Program-made: the position numbers and the translations under genes | Part shown: positions 25,000-39,460 of the stretch, piece by piece | How the letters are laid out: every line of letters starts with the position of its first letter | How positions within the stretch are numbered: position 1 is the first letter of the stretch | Notes under the pieces: generated by a model | Databases searched by the model: none | What the model was told of the DNA's origin: nothing | The model's input: the letters and a program-made list of their open reading frames with translations, nothing else | Source of the DNA: Azolla caroliniana | Lineage: Eukaryota > Plantae > Polypodiophyta | NCBI GenBank assembly: GCA_043228905.1 | Contig: JBHGNT010000114.1 | Coordinates: forward strand, 15,760 to 79,759 | Direction: 5' to 3' | DNA: 64,000 nucleotides

Positions 25000-26979
25000 A
25001 TAAACACCTTGAGTAACGAGACACAACATACACTATATTAGCACCAATGATATTTTATACCATAGAAGGTAAAAAAGGAGAAATATAAACCATTACCGTG
25101 ATATAATAATGTTTCTAATTGTACTTTCCATGCAAGCGGGGTGCTCAACTATGTCTGGACATAGAGTATCTAAACCTTTTCCTTTTAGACCCTTCATCAA
25201 ACATGTTAGATTCTCTGAATGCAGCTTTAAGGCTGATAATTCCTCATCAATTTCATTATGAGAAGACCGCCATGTCTCTAGATCTTTCTTCTATGCTTCC
25301 AGATTTGTATGCATAGTTGTGAGCTCCTTCTTCAACTCCTCTTTTAACACATCACTTTTTGAATTTTGGATTGTTGATGCAATCCATTCGTATGTATTCG
25401 ACATAGATGTGAATTGTTTCTCTGCTGTCATCTCACCAGATGAAACTTCTTCCAAATCGGCCAGTTGTGCTTGCATTTTTGTTTGCATGGAAGCTATATA
25501 GTGCAACAATCGCTCTTCATGTTTTTCTGTCAATGTGGCTTTCTGTTTTGCAATTTGTTGAGTCAACATAGATGTCTGAGTTGGGATTTCAATATGAGTG
25601 GTACCCTCAGACTTCATGGTAGTGTTGGTACTTGAGGACCCTCTATAATGTGATGATTGATGATGAGCAAAATCTTCCAAATCACCTTCAATGCCACCAT
25701 GGAGTTCACATTCAAATACACGTGCAAAGACAGATCCTACCTCATTGTTTAGGATATGTTTCGTATCATAAACTTGTTCATATTGTGACTTTAGTTCAGT
25801 GATATAATCCTTCTTCAATTGAGTGAGGTGGAAACCTCTCTGTGTCTCGGGTTTTGATGAGCCCCAAGTTTTCATCATCCACATGTCTAGGTCTTCATAA
25901 GTTTCAGGTTAGGCACGAAGGAAATAACCCCATCCCAACTCGAAGGATGTTTGTGTGAACCTTTTTGCCCTGAGTTGCTGAAAACTTCAACCTCCCTCTG
26001 GTGGGGGTCCTCTTACTTTCTTTGATGGGGGTCCTTTTTCTTTCCTTGCATGGTGTGATGACATTTTCAGTGACCATATTCTTCTTTGTGGGTGTCTTCC
26101 TTGTCATGTGAATCATGTCTCTCTTCTTCGCGTCACCTGCACAACAATAGTAAATAACAGTAAATCATGCACAACAATAGTAAACCATATTAAATAATAT
26201 ACAATTCAAGGAGATGTCGGATATGAAACATAATGTTAACTCCCGATACTTAACATATACACATGTTGACCGACTCTCAAATTCAAGCATATGCATGTAC
26301 AAAGCTCTTAAATGATCAAGGGACAACAACAACAACAACAACAACAACAAAACCCTAAAGGATAATAACAGATAGAATCAAACATACAGATAAACATGTC
26401 CCAAACATCATTATGGTTGCAGATGTAAAAAAATAGATAGAAAATGACAAAAATAGATAAAATCAAACATACAAACATATGGTAAAACAAGTACCAAATG
26501 TCGTTGTTGAAGTCTTTGAAGAGGGGACGCGTTTGAAACACACCGGGTAGAGGGAACCAAGTAGAGGGAACACACCAGGTAGAGAAAACACTTGGAGGTA
26601 GAGGGAACACGACCAACAGAGCAGAGACCAACGTGAAGAGGACACGGTGTGCATACCACACTTCAGAGAATGCTTGAGAGAGAGAACGTTGCTAGTTGAG
26701 GACAGCTCAATGTAACGAGGACATAGTACAGTGGTTGAGAGAGAGAATACCTGAGAGACAAGGCATAGTTAAAGACCTGATGTCGATGCAGCAAGGACAC
26801 AGTACAACACCTGAGTGTACTGTTGTTGCAAAGAGGACACTACAAGTAGGGAATGGGTTTAGGGTTTGCAGGGTGAGCAGAGAACGTGGAGAAACTTGTG
26901 TAGATGTTGGAAGAGAGAGAGGGAGGGAGGGAGGGGGATACGAACGTAGTGAATAAATGAGTAGAAGGGGGAAGGAAGG

Positions 26980-29900
26980 ACCCACCTGCATCCGATTGGC
27001 TTAACATCCTTCGATGTGTCAACTAGGGCCCAAGTCTCATTGACTGTTAAAGCGCACATCTCTTCCTCCATCGCGGCACGCGAATTTGCGTCCTTCGCCG
27101 CTTCTACGTAGCTCTCCGGCTCACGCACTTCCACCACTCACGTCATGTATGCGTAATGATGGACCATGTACTCATTGTACCCGTATCTTTTTACAAGGTT
27201 CTTCTGGCGGGTAGATCAGCGTAATTCGTGATTACCCGATTTCACGACCTTTTCAGCTATAGTCGACCTCTTCCGTGGAGGTTCCTTATCAGTTTGCCCA
27301 TAGTCAGACTTGCTCCGATCTGACTCGGTACTGCTGAAGTTGTATTTTGGCATTTTCTTCTTGCCCTTCTCATTACGCATAAACCGTCTCCTTGATTCTT
27401 TACGCGGGGACATCATAGCCGAGTCTCCACTACTCGTCGTCTCTTCAATAGGTTGGTCATTTCAGTTCAACCCTTCATTCGGCCCACTTAGCCGAAATGA
27501 GATCAGACTCTCTCTCGGAGCTTCGATTTCCTCATCATGCAGAGGCATCTCAGCCTCGCTGACTTCTTCCTCAGAATTCGAAATGGAGTCATGAGGTATT
27601 GGAGGTGAAGGCAGGTACCACGAAGCAGATTTGTCGAACACGACATCTCAACTTATGCGTACTTCCTTTCTTCTGGGGTTATAACATTTATACCCCTTCT
27701 GCTCGTCTGGATAGCCGACTAAGATGCACTTTTCGGCTTTGGCATCCAGCTTCCTCCTCTTTTCCTTCGGCACATGCACATATGCAATGCTACCAAAAAT
27801 CCTCAAGTGTGCCAAGTTTGGTTTCTTCCCGAAGTACAACTCATGTGGCGACACTCCTCCATTAACAGAAGTCCAATTCTGCAGGTAGACAACTGTCTTC
27901 ACGACTTCAGCCCAATAGAATTTTGGCATATGCTTCTCTTCAAGCATTTCCCTGGCTGCTTCCTCGATTGTCCGATTCTTCCACTCGGCCACGCCGTTCT
28001 GCTGCGACGTGTATCTACACGAGAATTCACGTCGAATTCCCTCCTTGTATAGATAACTTGTGAACTGATCAGACTGTAGGCATTTTATCTTACACCTTGT
28101 TTCCCTTTCCACAAGGCTCTTCACCTTCAGGAAACATGCGCAGACTTCCCTCTTCTTCGCGATTGTGCATACCCACGTGTGCCGAGTGAAGTCGTCGATG
28201 AAGGTTACAAAGTAACGGCTTCCATCGAGACTCACGTTCTATGCCGGTCCCCACACATCCGAGTGGATCAAAGCCAACAAACTTCGACTACGATTACGCT
28301 CATTGGGGAATGGAAGTCGGTACTGTTTTCCGATCTGACAGCCTTCACAAAGTTGGCCATTACGGCCTCTGAATTTCGGCAAGCAGAAAACAATGTTCTT
28401 CATCTGCATCTCACGAAGCCGTGGGAAATTTATATGGCCAAACCGCTTGTGCCACAGGGCGATATCTGATTCGACCTTTTGTCCTTTCTTGTACAACGCG
28501 GTTCCGACTTGATTAGTGTCGAGGATGAACATCCTCCCTTCTCGGCGCCCTTGCACGATTACTTTGCCTTCCTCTTCTATGAAGCGAATCGAACCTACAT
28601 TCCCTGATCGACGATCTAACCAACCGACAGCACGTTCATGAGTTTCCCTTTCTGCCCGACGTGGTTGAGGAGAACTTCATCAACATGTTCGATGGTATGC
28701 GGAGTGTCGTCGTCGGTTTCGACCACTCCTTGTGATTCCTGTTTCTCCAAGTACGAGAACCATTCCTCGTGACTCTTCATATGATTTGACGCTCCGGAAT
28801 CAACATACCACACCTCGCTCGATTTCAAGGTGTTCATAGCTATAGAATTGGCCTTCTGCTTCATTACGACGGATGGGCCTGATTTGTTTTTGGCTCGTTC
28901 AGAGCCTTCTGCGTAGTGCAATCTTTGACGCCTCGACCCAGCTTTGTCCGAATCGGCTCGCTTTTCCAGCACTCGCTCTCCTTGTGTCCTGTCTTGCCAC
29001 AGTACCAGCCTTCCAACGCGGCCTTCTCTTGCCGACTTCAGGCGCCGCCATGACTCCCCATGCTTGTGGAGGGTCTGGAACTGTTGTCGGCATCTCGATT
29101 ATGCCGCTTGTTCTGCTCTTGTCGGCCGCCTCCATTGCGCGTCGATCCGCTTCGTCCACCATAGCCATGGGGCCTATCTTCCTCTGTGTATAGTATCTTG
29201 CCGTCAGCATGCGTACTTGTCGACGCACCTGCGTGATTTTCCTCCACGAGCAACATTGACTGAAGCTCGAAGAACGAAGGCGTATTCTCCCTCGTAGAGA
29301 CGGCCATTCGGAAGGCTCCGAACCTGGACGCTAGCCCACCAAGGCAAACCTGCACCATTTCATCTTCCTCAATGTTCACGTTGACAAAGGCGAGAGAATC
29401 GCAAATTTCCTTGATTCGGGATGTGTAATCAGCCATAGACAGATCTTTCTACCGAACATTGCTGAGCTCTTGCCTAAGCTGCCGCTTCCTGGCCGTTGTG
29501 CTTGCGACGAAAATATTTTTGAGATTCGCCCACATGTCCTTTGGTGTCTTAGCATCCCAAATATAGCTCAATTGTTGGTTGCTCACACAGGATGCAAAGC
29601 AGTAGAGAACTCTGCTTCCCGCTTGTTCCCAAGCCGGAAAATCTCTGTGTGTCGAATCGGGTGCTACATCATTAGCTCCTTCGACATAACTCCAGTAGCC
29701 GTGACCGAGTAGGTACTGGTGCATCTTGTACGACCAAGATGCGTAGTTGCTGCTGTCAAGCTTTTCAGTCGGTAGCGAGCTTCCCATACCGCTGTCCATA
29801 TTGTTGTCTTTTTCTTTTTTGAAAAACAAAACGAGGAACAACTTCAACTCTATTTTGTCAAAAGCTTTTCTTGTCGGCTGCTGAGGACTTCAACCCTCGC

Positions 29901-30362
29901 GCTCTGATACTATGAAAGAATATGTGTGCAGAAGCGTGTGCATAAACACAGAGTACACAGTTCGGAAATAAGACAGTTCGGTAAATGCAGAAAACACAGA
30001 GATGGAAAGACAAAGAGAGAGCAGAGAATTCAGTTCAATTTCAAAATAATGACTCCCTGTACATTCTTCATGCTTAGTGAGCACCTTTTAAACAAGTCCA
30101 TATGAACTGACAGAAGTACTGAGATGTACTTCAATGCTCCTAACAGAGCTCTACACTAACTCCTGAAATATATTTCTACGCGGAATATCTTTCCAACGGC
30201 CTCGCGGTTTACGCACCTCTATGGCCTCTCGTTGCGTACAGGTTTGCATAATAGTTTACGCACCCGGTTTACGCACTAGTCCGGCCTAACCGATCGGTCC
30301 CAACCGATCCCATGCTCAGCTTGCACAGCCGATCTGGCCAATGTTGAGCTTGTATCTCAATA
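26980..30362 (-). mobile_element. Copia A, 5' half (LTR 29913-30362, PBS 29901-29912, gag-PR-INT, RT start)
   Basis: ORFs 29449-29847, 29038-29436, 28616-28972 (WYVDSGAS), 28239-28556, 27648-28235, 26859-27137; breaks at KPIGCRWV. Confidence 0.92.
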
Positions 30363-30858
30363 AATACCTTCCTTGCTGACTCTATGTCCGAGGAGGGCCC
30401 TGCTTGTGACGCCGAATGCACATTTGGGTAGATTGAGGTTGAGATGTGCTAAGCGGCATCGTTCTAAGCATAATCATAAATCCCCTAAATGATCCGCTTG
30501 CGCACCATATATTGCAAAATCATCAAGGAAGACTTGCATGAATGCTGGAATGTACTCACCCAAAATCTCAGTGATGATGCGTTGAAAAGTTGTAGGTGTC
30601 GTGTTAAGGCCGAACATGATTACTACAGTGATGCCATCCAAAAAACTATACATCTCGTGGCCTGTGACGACATCAAGTATGCTATCTGTGAACGGAAGGG
30701 GAAAGGCGTCTATGATCGTGCCCGCATTCAGTTTTTGTTAGTCGACGCAAACCCGGATTTTCCCGTTCTTGTTCAGTATGACTACAATCGGACTCAACCA
30801 TGTCGCTTGCTTGACCAGCCTAACGAACCCGATTTTTAGGAGTTTATCGATTTCCTCT
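30363..30858 (-). pseudogene. Gypsy C reverse transcriptase fragment (inverted part)
   Basis: EEIDKLLKIGF..WLSPIVV..KIRVCVD..VFLDDF..LLGHRVSKEGI; the preceding RVKE lies at 34404-34420. Confidence 0.88.
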
Positions 30859-33800
30859 TGTTGAGCGGCAAGCTCAACCGGATCCGGATCAACTGAATAA
30901 GCCTGAGCCGGATTGACATCTAGAAGGATGAGCCGGATCGGTGAGCCGATGAGCAATTGAGCTGGTGAGCTGGGGAGCCGGTTAGCTGGATCAAGCAGTA
31001 ACCGGAAGCCAAGTAGCAGGTAGACTACTAGAGAGTTAATATCTCGTAGTAAGTGTCAGATGCTCGTGTGAGTATTGAAGTACACCGTTGTCGCAAAAAT
31101 ATGACGAGGACACATGAACTTGAGGGAGGACCCCGGGGCCTCCGACTAGAGGATATTAGATTCGTATTTTTATATTAAACAGTTAATGGAAATAAGAAAG
31201 ATTGACAAATTTCATTAACAAATAGAAAGAAAGATTACAATCATTCCCAAGATTAGGATTACAAAAGTTTAGCTTATGGAGATTACTAGAATAATAGATT
31301 AGAAGAAACTAAATATGGATTCAATAGAAATTTAGGGTTTTTGGCTTTCATAAGAGATTATGGTTTATGAGTTCAATAGCTTCCGTATGGAAAATTAGGG
31401 TTTTTGGCTTCCGTAGGGAAAATTAGGGTTTTTGAGTGTTATGACTTTCGTAGGGAATTTTGGGTTTATGAGAGTTATGGCTTCCATAAGACAGGGAAGC
31501 TAAGAAGGAAAAGAAAAATAATGGAGAGAGGATCCCTGTAGGAAAAAAAAAATGGAATATATATGGAGTTCTCTGTTGATCATAGCCTTCCATGTTACTT
31601 TGCATGTCCACTTCTAGTTGCATGGCCTCTACTTTTAGTTGCATCCATTTTTAGTTGCATGACTTTCCTTTCCTTTACTTTAGTTCCCTTTACTTTACTT
31701 TAATTAACCACATGATCTTGTTATCCGTTTGGTTTGCGTCCAGCCTCGTCCGATCGCCAGTTCCGTCCGGTCGCCGATTGCCACCGCCTCACAGGCTCCG
31801 CCGCCGGTTCCGGTTTGCTTACCGGCCAGTTTCCAATTTTGCTTACCAGCCGGTTTCGGTTCTGATTACCGGCTGGTTTTCGGTTTGCTTACTGGCTGGT
31901 TTACGGTTTTGCTTACCGGTCGGTTTCCGGTTTTGCTTGATTGGCGTGCCGCTATGGAGGAGGAAATGCAGGCACTTGATACCAACGAACATGGGACCTA
32001 GTTGACCCTCCCCGAGAATGTAAACGGATCGGATGTAAGTAGGTGTACAAGTTTATGTACAATGCCGATGGTTTGGTTAACCGGTACAAGGCCCGGTTAG
32101 TGGCGAAGGGATACGCGCAGACCCACGGAATCGACTACGACGAGACCTTCGCTCTAGTAGCGAAGATGACGACAGTTCATGTGGTGCTGGCGGTTGCTGC
32201 GGCAAGGGAGTGGTATCTTCACCAGATGGACGTGAAGAATACATTTCTTCAAGGCGATCTTGAAGAAGAGGTCTTTATGACCCAACCTCCCAGTTTCCAG
32301 ACAGAGATGAACAAGTCGGCGGTATGCCGGATGAAGAAGTCACTTTATGGCCTGAAGCAAGCCCCCCGAGCTTGGAATGCGAAGATCACGCACCGGTTGC
32401 GTATGATGGGGTTTACGGCTTCCAAGTCTGACTCTTCGTTGTTCATCCAGCAAGGTCCGGACGGTCCAGTTTGCATCTTATTGTATGTTGATGATCTAGT
32501 CATCACCGGACCCGGACTCGATGAAATCAGCCAAGTCAAGTCCCAGCTGCCGGACGCATTTGAGATGAAGGATCTGGGGGACTTTCACTATTTTCTTGGG
32601 ATCGAGGTGATCCAAACCCCTGACGGCATATTGCTCTCACAGAGACACTATGTGTTGAATATGTTGTACAAGTTCGGCATGACGGAATGCCGACCTATTT
32701 CTACACCCTTGGACCAGAACTAGAAGCTCCGTCCCGACTCTGGACCGGCCTACGATGACAAATTGTCAGAAGCCTTATATATTTGACAATCACCCGACCT
32801 GACATCAGTTATCCAGTCGGCGTGATCAGCCAATATATGCAACAGCCAACCGTGGAGCACCTTCTCTACGCGCATCAATTTTGTGATATGCGAGTGGCAC
32901 GAAGGAATGGGGACTATTATACTGGCATGGTATAACTGAAGAGCTAGTCGGCTACACCGATACACCTCCGGCTATATGTTTTCCCTTGGTAGCGCGACCG
33001 TTGCGTGTAGTAGCAAAAAGCCGCCAATAATGGCTCTTTCAAGCACTGAAGCTGAATACCGGGGCGGTACCGTTGCCACCTGTGAAGCCATTTGGCTTCG
33101 GCGACTACTGCAAGACTTACGGATCGAGGTGTCGACCCCGATCTTGATCTACTAGAACAACATAAGCAGCATGCAGCTCGCCAAGAACCCCGTATTCCAT
33201 GCTCGCACAAAGCACATAGAAGTGCACTACCACTTCGTGCGTGAGCATGTCCTGAGCGATGAAGTTGAACTTCGGTATGTTCATACGGATCAGCAAGTTG
33301 CCGACATCTTCACCAAACCGCTCGGATCGGACAAGTTGCATCACTTCACTGAAATGCTTGGTGTTCAGCATCTCGACGTGCCACACATGAGGGGGAGAAC
33401 GTTCAAAGACACCGGAACGGGTAGGGGCAAAGAAACTATCGAGTGCGCCGGTGAGGGAAGAACCGACAATGGGAGAGACAAGAAGAAGAAGAAAGGAGTC
33501 GAGTCGACAAAGGAAGTTGATACATCCAAACAAGTCGGAACAAGCTACAACGGCGGTAGAGTCAAGAAGGACAGAGCCGACCGGAAGAAGGCCAACACCC
33601 GGACATGGTCCGATGTGGTGAAGGGCCTGGAACCGGAAGACGAATCAGGAGCGACCGATTCGGACAAGAGCTGGAACGAATCAGAGAAAGCCGATTCGGA
33701 AGAACCAGATCAATTCAAGGCCAAGAGGACGAGAAGGGAGCGAAAGTCGACGCCAACACGAAGGAATCGGCGAATCGGCAAGCGCCAATGTGACAGCAAC

Positions 33801-34403
33801 GAGGGATCTGAATTGGGCCTGTTGAGCAAACAGGCCGACCGAGGAAGTCGAGGTGCGCAAAATTAGAAGGGTCGCAGCAAACGGGACCGGACCCAACGAG
33901 GAGCGTGATTGAGGCGGAGTGACGCCAGAATGAGCTAGGTGAGAGGACCGACCGCCATGGAGACTGACACTACGATCTGACCTCAAGTTGAGCTTGAAGG
34001 GGAGTGTTGAGCGCCAAGCTCAACCGGATCCAGATCGGTTGAATAAGCCTGAGCCAGATCAGCATCCGGAAGGATGAGCCGGTGAGCTAGGGAGCCGGTT
34101 AGCTTGATCAAGTAGTAACCGGAAGCCAAGTAGCAGCTAGACTACTAGAGAGTTAATATCTCGTAGTTAGTGTTAGACGCTCGTGTGAGCATTGAAGTAC
34201 ACTGTATCTCTGTTAGTTCGTATGGAATTGTATAAAAGTGTTTACTGAACACATACGATGTACATATTGAGTATTATTTTGAATTGAGTTTCTGTGTGCT
34301 CTATCTCTGTCTCTCCCGCGTACTGGGTATATTCTAAGCTCTCCATTAAACCTACGTTTTTTGTGTTTGATTTTCCATTGCTTCCGCACGCTATTCTTTT
34401 ACA
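30859..34403 (+). mobile_element. Copia B, internally deleted (partial 5' LTR, RT-RNase H, 3' LTR 34005-34403)
   Basis: TSD CCTCT (30854-30858, 34404-34408); LTR starts match; RT ORF 32043-32723 (LLYVDDL), RH ORF 33171-33866. Confidence 0.9.
31089..31945 (-). repeat. Probable truncated LTR related to the Trp-primed Gypsy family, with short tandem repeats
   Basis: Begins TGTCGC where Copia B LTR homology stops; first ~70 bp resemble 17298-17370; repeats at 31330-31500 and 31805-31945; far end not found. Confidence 0.5.
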
Positions 34404-34730
34404 CCTCTTTTACGCGTGGCGGGTGAAAGCACACTACGGTGTACCAACTTTTGGCCAAAACTTTAGTACTAATTTCATGTGGAGGAAACACTTTAAAATG
34501 TAAAAATAAATCCAATATTTGGGTTTAAAAAGTTGATCACTTGTCTTAAAATTAAAAGTCACATTCAATGGAAGTAGATTTCAAATATGAATAAACATCA
34601 CTTGTGTTAAAATCCTAGGTAATGTTGTAAGGAGGTCTTAACTATATAAGATCTCGTGTTGTCGGTCAATCATGAAGATAGTCAGCCTGTCTCTCTTGGC
34701 AAATAACAGCTTTAATCCGAACTTTCAGTT

Positions 34731-36156
<1,426 letters not shown>

Positions 36157-36613
36157 ATATTGCGATCGATTCATATAAAGATCAAGGCCATCAATCGTTT
36201 TCTAGGGTAAATCCGCTGGCACAGCCGCATGCCACGCTATCTGGTGGTTTTCGTTACACCATTACATGCGGCGGTACATCACACTCCGATTGCAACGGAG
36301 GACAAGGCCATCAATCGTTTTCAGTATTGCGATCGATTCAGATAAAGATCAAGGCCATCAATCGTTTTCTGGGGTAAATCCGTTGGCACAGCCGCATGCC
36401 ACGCTATCTGGTGGTTTTCGTTACACCATTACATGCGGCAGTACATCACACTCCGATTGCAACGGAGGACAAGGTGTACCTGGCATTAAAGATAATGCTC
36501 ACTCAGGCACCCATAGTACAACCACCGGATTGGACAAAACCATTCCACTTTTTCGTGGACACCTCAGATATAGCAATCGTTAGCACACTAATGCACTTGA
36601 CCGACCCAAATTG

Positions 36614-37112
36614 TGTTGGGAAACAGGTCCCTCCGGATGGGACGAGAGAAGAGCCGAAATCGTGTAGACAGCCAACTCGGGAGACTATATCTGTAAATAG
36701 TCGAAATAAGCCTCTATGGGCGATACCTATAAATAGTCCAAAAGTTGTACTAGTATATAAGAATCTAGGGCAATCATTATATGAAGATCAATAATCATTA
36801 TTGTGATATAGTGAGAATGTGGTAGTGGTCACTGTAACTGTGAGAACATGTGAGAGAGGGAGAGCGTGAGAAAGTGCAACTCTATAGTCGAGGTCGGTTC
36901 CTCTGAGTTTCTTGTTGTACCCCCCTCATCATCATAGTGATTTGTTTCGGAGCAAGTGGACTCCACGTGGTTTCTCCCAGTTTGGGTTTCCACGGTAAAA
37001 TCTACGTGTTCTCTATTTTTAGCTATTCCGTTTTCGATTTTCTATCTGAGTGTTACTTCTTGCATACAAATATACGAATGATAATCGATTGTGGTCGGTC
37101 ACGAGAGCAACA
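36614..37112 (+). mobile_element. Solo LTR, Tork-like Copia
   Basis: TGTTG...CAACA, TSD AATTG/AATCG, interrupts DPNW|YRPVYY; U5 motif GGGTTTCCACG shared with the Tork-like LTRs. Confidence 0.88.
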
Positions 37113-38619
37113 AATCGGTACCGACCAGTGTATTATTCCAGCCGGAAACTGATATACACTGAGCGCAAGTACTCCACAACTGAGTGTGAATCCCTAGGTA
37201 TGATTTAAAGCATCAACAAATTTCAACACTACCTATTGGGCTGAAAATTCATTTTTCATGTCGATCAGGCAGCGTTGCTCTACTTGGTCTCGAAGCTGTT
37301 GCTAACCTGGAAGTTGGTTCAATGTATGTTGCTATTGTAGGAATCTGAGTTCGAAATCCAACATCGACCAGGAACCCAGCACGCAATAGCAAATTATCTG
37401 AGTCGGGCCTGACGACAAATGGCGAGCGCCATTTCGAGATCCCTCCCCCAGGGGTTCTCGAGCGCTATTTTTGTGAATATTCCATCTCCCCCAAGGCTTA
37501 CAGGACAAGGGATATGCCTGATCCCTTCTTCCGCAAAATCACGAAGTTCTTATTGGAGGTAGGGTGCGTTTACCCTAACGCATACAGAATACCGAAGCAG
37601 AAGGTCGGCATCATCATCATGACATTGAAAAGGCAAGCCATAGATTGGGGCGTAATTACAAGGCCTTCTCTGTGCGAAGAACTACACACCTTCTAGACCG
37701 GGAAAAAACTCTGGCCCAATCATTCAACAGTATTTGACAATATTGTTCCCTCCACGGGCTCTCTCCATGCCAATAATGGCTCGCCCTGCGACAACACCGA
37801 GGCCGCAGAAACGTAGACTTGCTAAACTCGTAGAGACTGAGTGGGAAGAAGAGGACAACAGTCGACCGTTGGAACCCATCGCCCCATAGGTCCAACAATG
37901 GTTTGCTTCTGCTCCCTCACAAGAATTATTCGAGCAAGCCCTAGCTAGCCCTAAAGCCAAGCGCCGAAGGCTAGAATGGAACGATGGTCGCAGACTACTC
38001 AAAGACACGACTCCGCAACCTGAACCCCCAGCCACAACAGAGTCCATGAGAACATTAGAGGTGGGGCCGATCTTGACAAGAAACTCAGATTGGGGAAAGG
38101 GTGTTCTCACCTCCGAGAAAGAAGTGTTGGCTTACCCAGATATTCCGGATATGGCTCACGAGTTTGCAACCTTGTTACAATTTGGCACCACCTTTGAACT
38201 AATGAAGTCCATGGAAACACAACAGATCAAGGTGTCGCAGTGCATGGCAGAGGAGCACGCATTAACGCAAACAACCAAAAGCAACGATGAAGACCCTTTG
38301 GCTAAACTTGGCTGAAAAAGGAACGTTGGTGTTCGAAGAGTCGGCATTGAGCTACCCCCTTTGAACACAACATTGGCCGAAGTGCACAAGGATATGGCGG
38401 AGAAAAACAAGTCCCACTGGGAATCCATAAAAGTGGCACAACAGTTAGAGAAGGCGCAACAGAAGGTTTGCGGAGATCGAATGCAACATACATGTACAGG
38501 GAGAAGAAGTCGAAGCGGAGATAGTGATCACGGCCAAAGCTAAAGGAGCAACAGAGCTTGCCGAGATGGAAATCGAGCAACTCCGCTCCGAACTTCGACA
38601 ATCGTCGGATAGAGAGGCG

Positions 38620-39460
38620 CATGGTTGTTTACGTACCCATATTTAACGTTTAAATACAAATAGTACCTCATCATTTGTATAGTACGTACTATACCTCAAT
38701 GTTGTTCAATCAAATATCATGTACATTTGTCCAATACGGCATTTAACGTATTTATAAAAAAATTGGTATAATACATATTTATAAAGAAAATGTAAGTAAA
38801 ACCCTAACAAAAAGCAAAAGAAAATAAAGATTTTAGTGAAAAAGAAGACAAAGGAAGGAAGAAAGAAGAATAGAAGAGACGGCAATGAAGAAGATGAAGA
38901 AGAAGAAGAAGAAGAAGAGAAAAGAAGACATAAACCTGTCCTGAGTGTGATAATTGCAGTAGATAGAAGAAGAAGAAGAAGAAAATGAAGAAAAGAGAAA
39001 CCTATCATGACTGTGATAATCATAGAAGATTCCTCAATCTATGAAGGCATAATTGTAAATATTTACAATTTGAAGTAGAACATCGTGATATACACTTACA
39101 CTAATTTATAAAATAAGGGAATGTCGACATCCATATTACTACAACTATTTTAGGATGTGAAATGATCAAATGTCTTATATGCATTTTAGGATGTAGAACT
39201 ATATTGTACATCACAAAATTGTGTAAACATAGATGTTTTTTATAATATTATAGATATTTTTTAGAAAAGTAAATAATTTTTCAAATTCTAGAAGTATTTA
39301 ACGTACTATACGTAAAATATGTATTTTACGTATTTTATAAGTATTTAACATATTAAGAAAACGTATTTAACGTATTTTTAAATTGGGAGGTACTATACAA
39401 GTATTAATACGTTAAATACGTATGGTATCCGTACCGTACCTAACGTACCTAACAACCTTG
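38620..39460. mobile_element. Non-autonomous hAT-type element (MITE, 841 bp)
   Basis: 8-bp TSD GAGAGGCG (38612-38619, 39461-39468), TIR CA(T/A)GGTTGTT, AT-rich interior with subterminal TACGT/AACGT motifs. Confidence 0.88.

Larger units (their letters stand above)
7083..26136 (-). pseudogene. Decayed multi-exon gene of unknown function, convergent with the transposase and split by the Gypsy at 9937-24999
   Basis: ORF pieces 25904-26116, 25291-25884, 8539-8886, 7622-7873, 7083-7544; minus-strand GT/AG sites near 26137, 25096, 8531, 8422, 8347, 8267, 8101, 7999; ATAAA TSD shows 9936 and 25005 were contiguous. Confidence 0.45.

Noticed and set aside
26165-26960. Short ORFs with poly-Cys/poly-Leu
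   Set aside because: Derived from (CAA)n and GA-rich low-complexity sequence, probably intron or UTR.
31330-31500. Interstitial telomeric repeats (TTAGGG)
   Set aside because: Isolated hexamers within ~28-bp units, not contiguous telomere arrays.
38706-39023. Hydrophobic 105-aa ORF resembling a membrane protein
   Set aside because: Product of the (TTC)n-rich strand inside the MITE.
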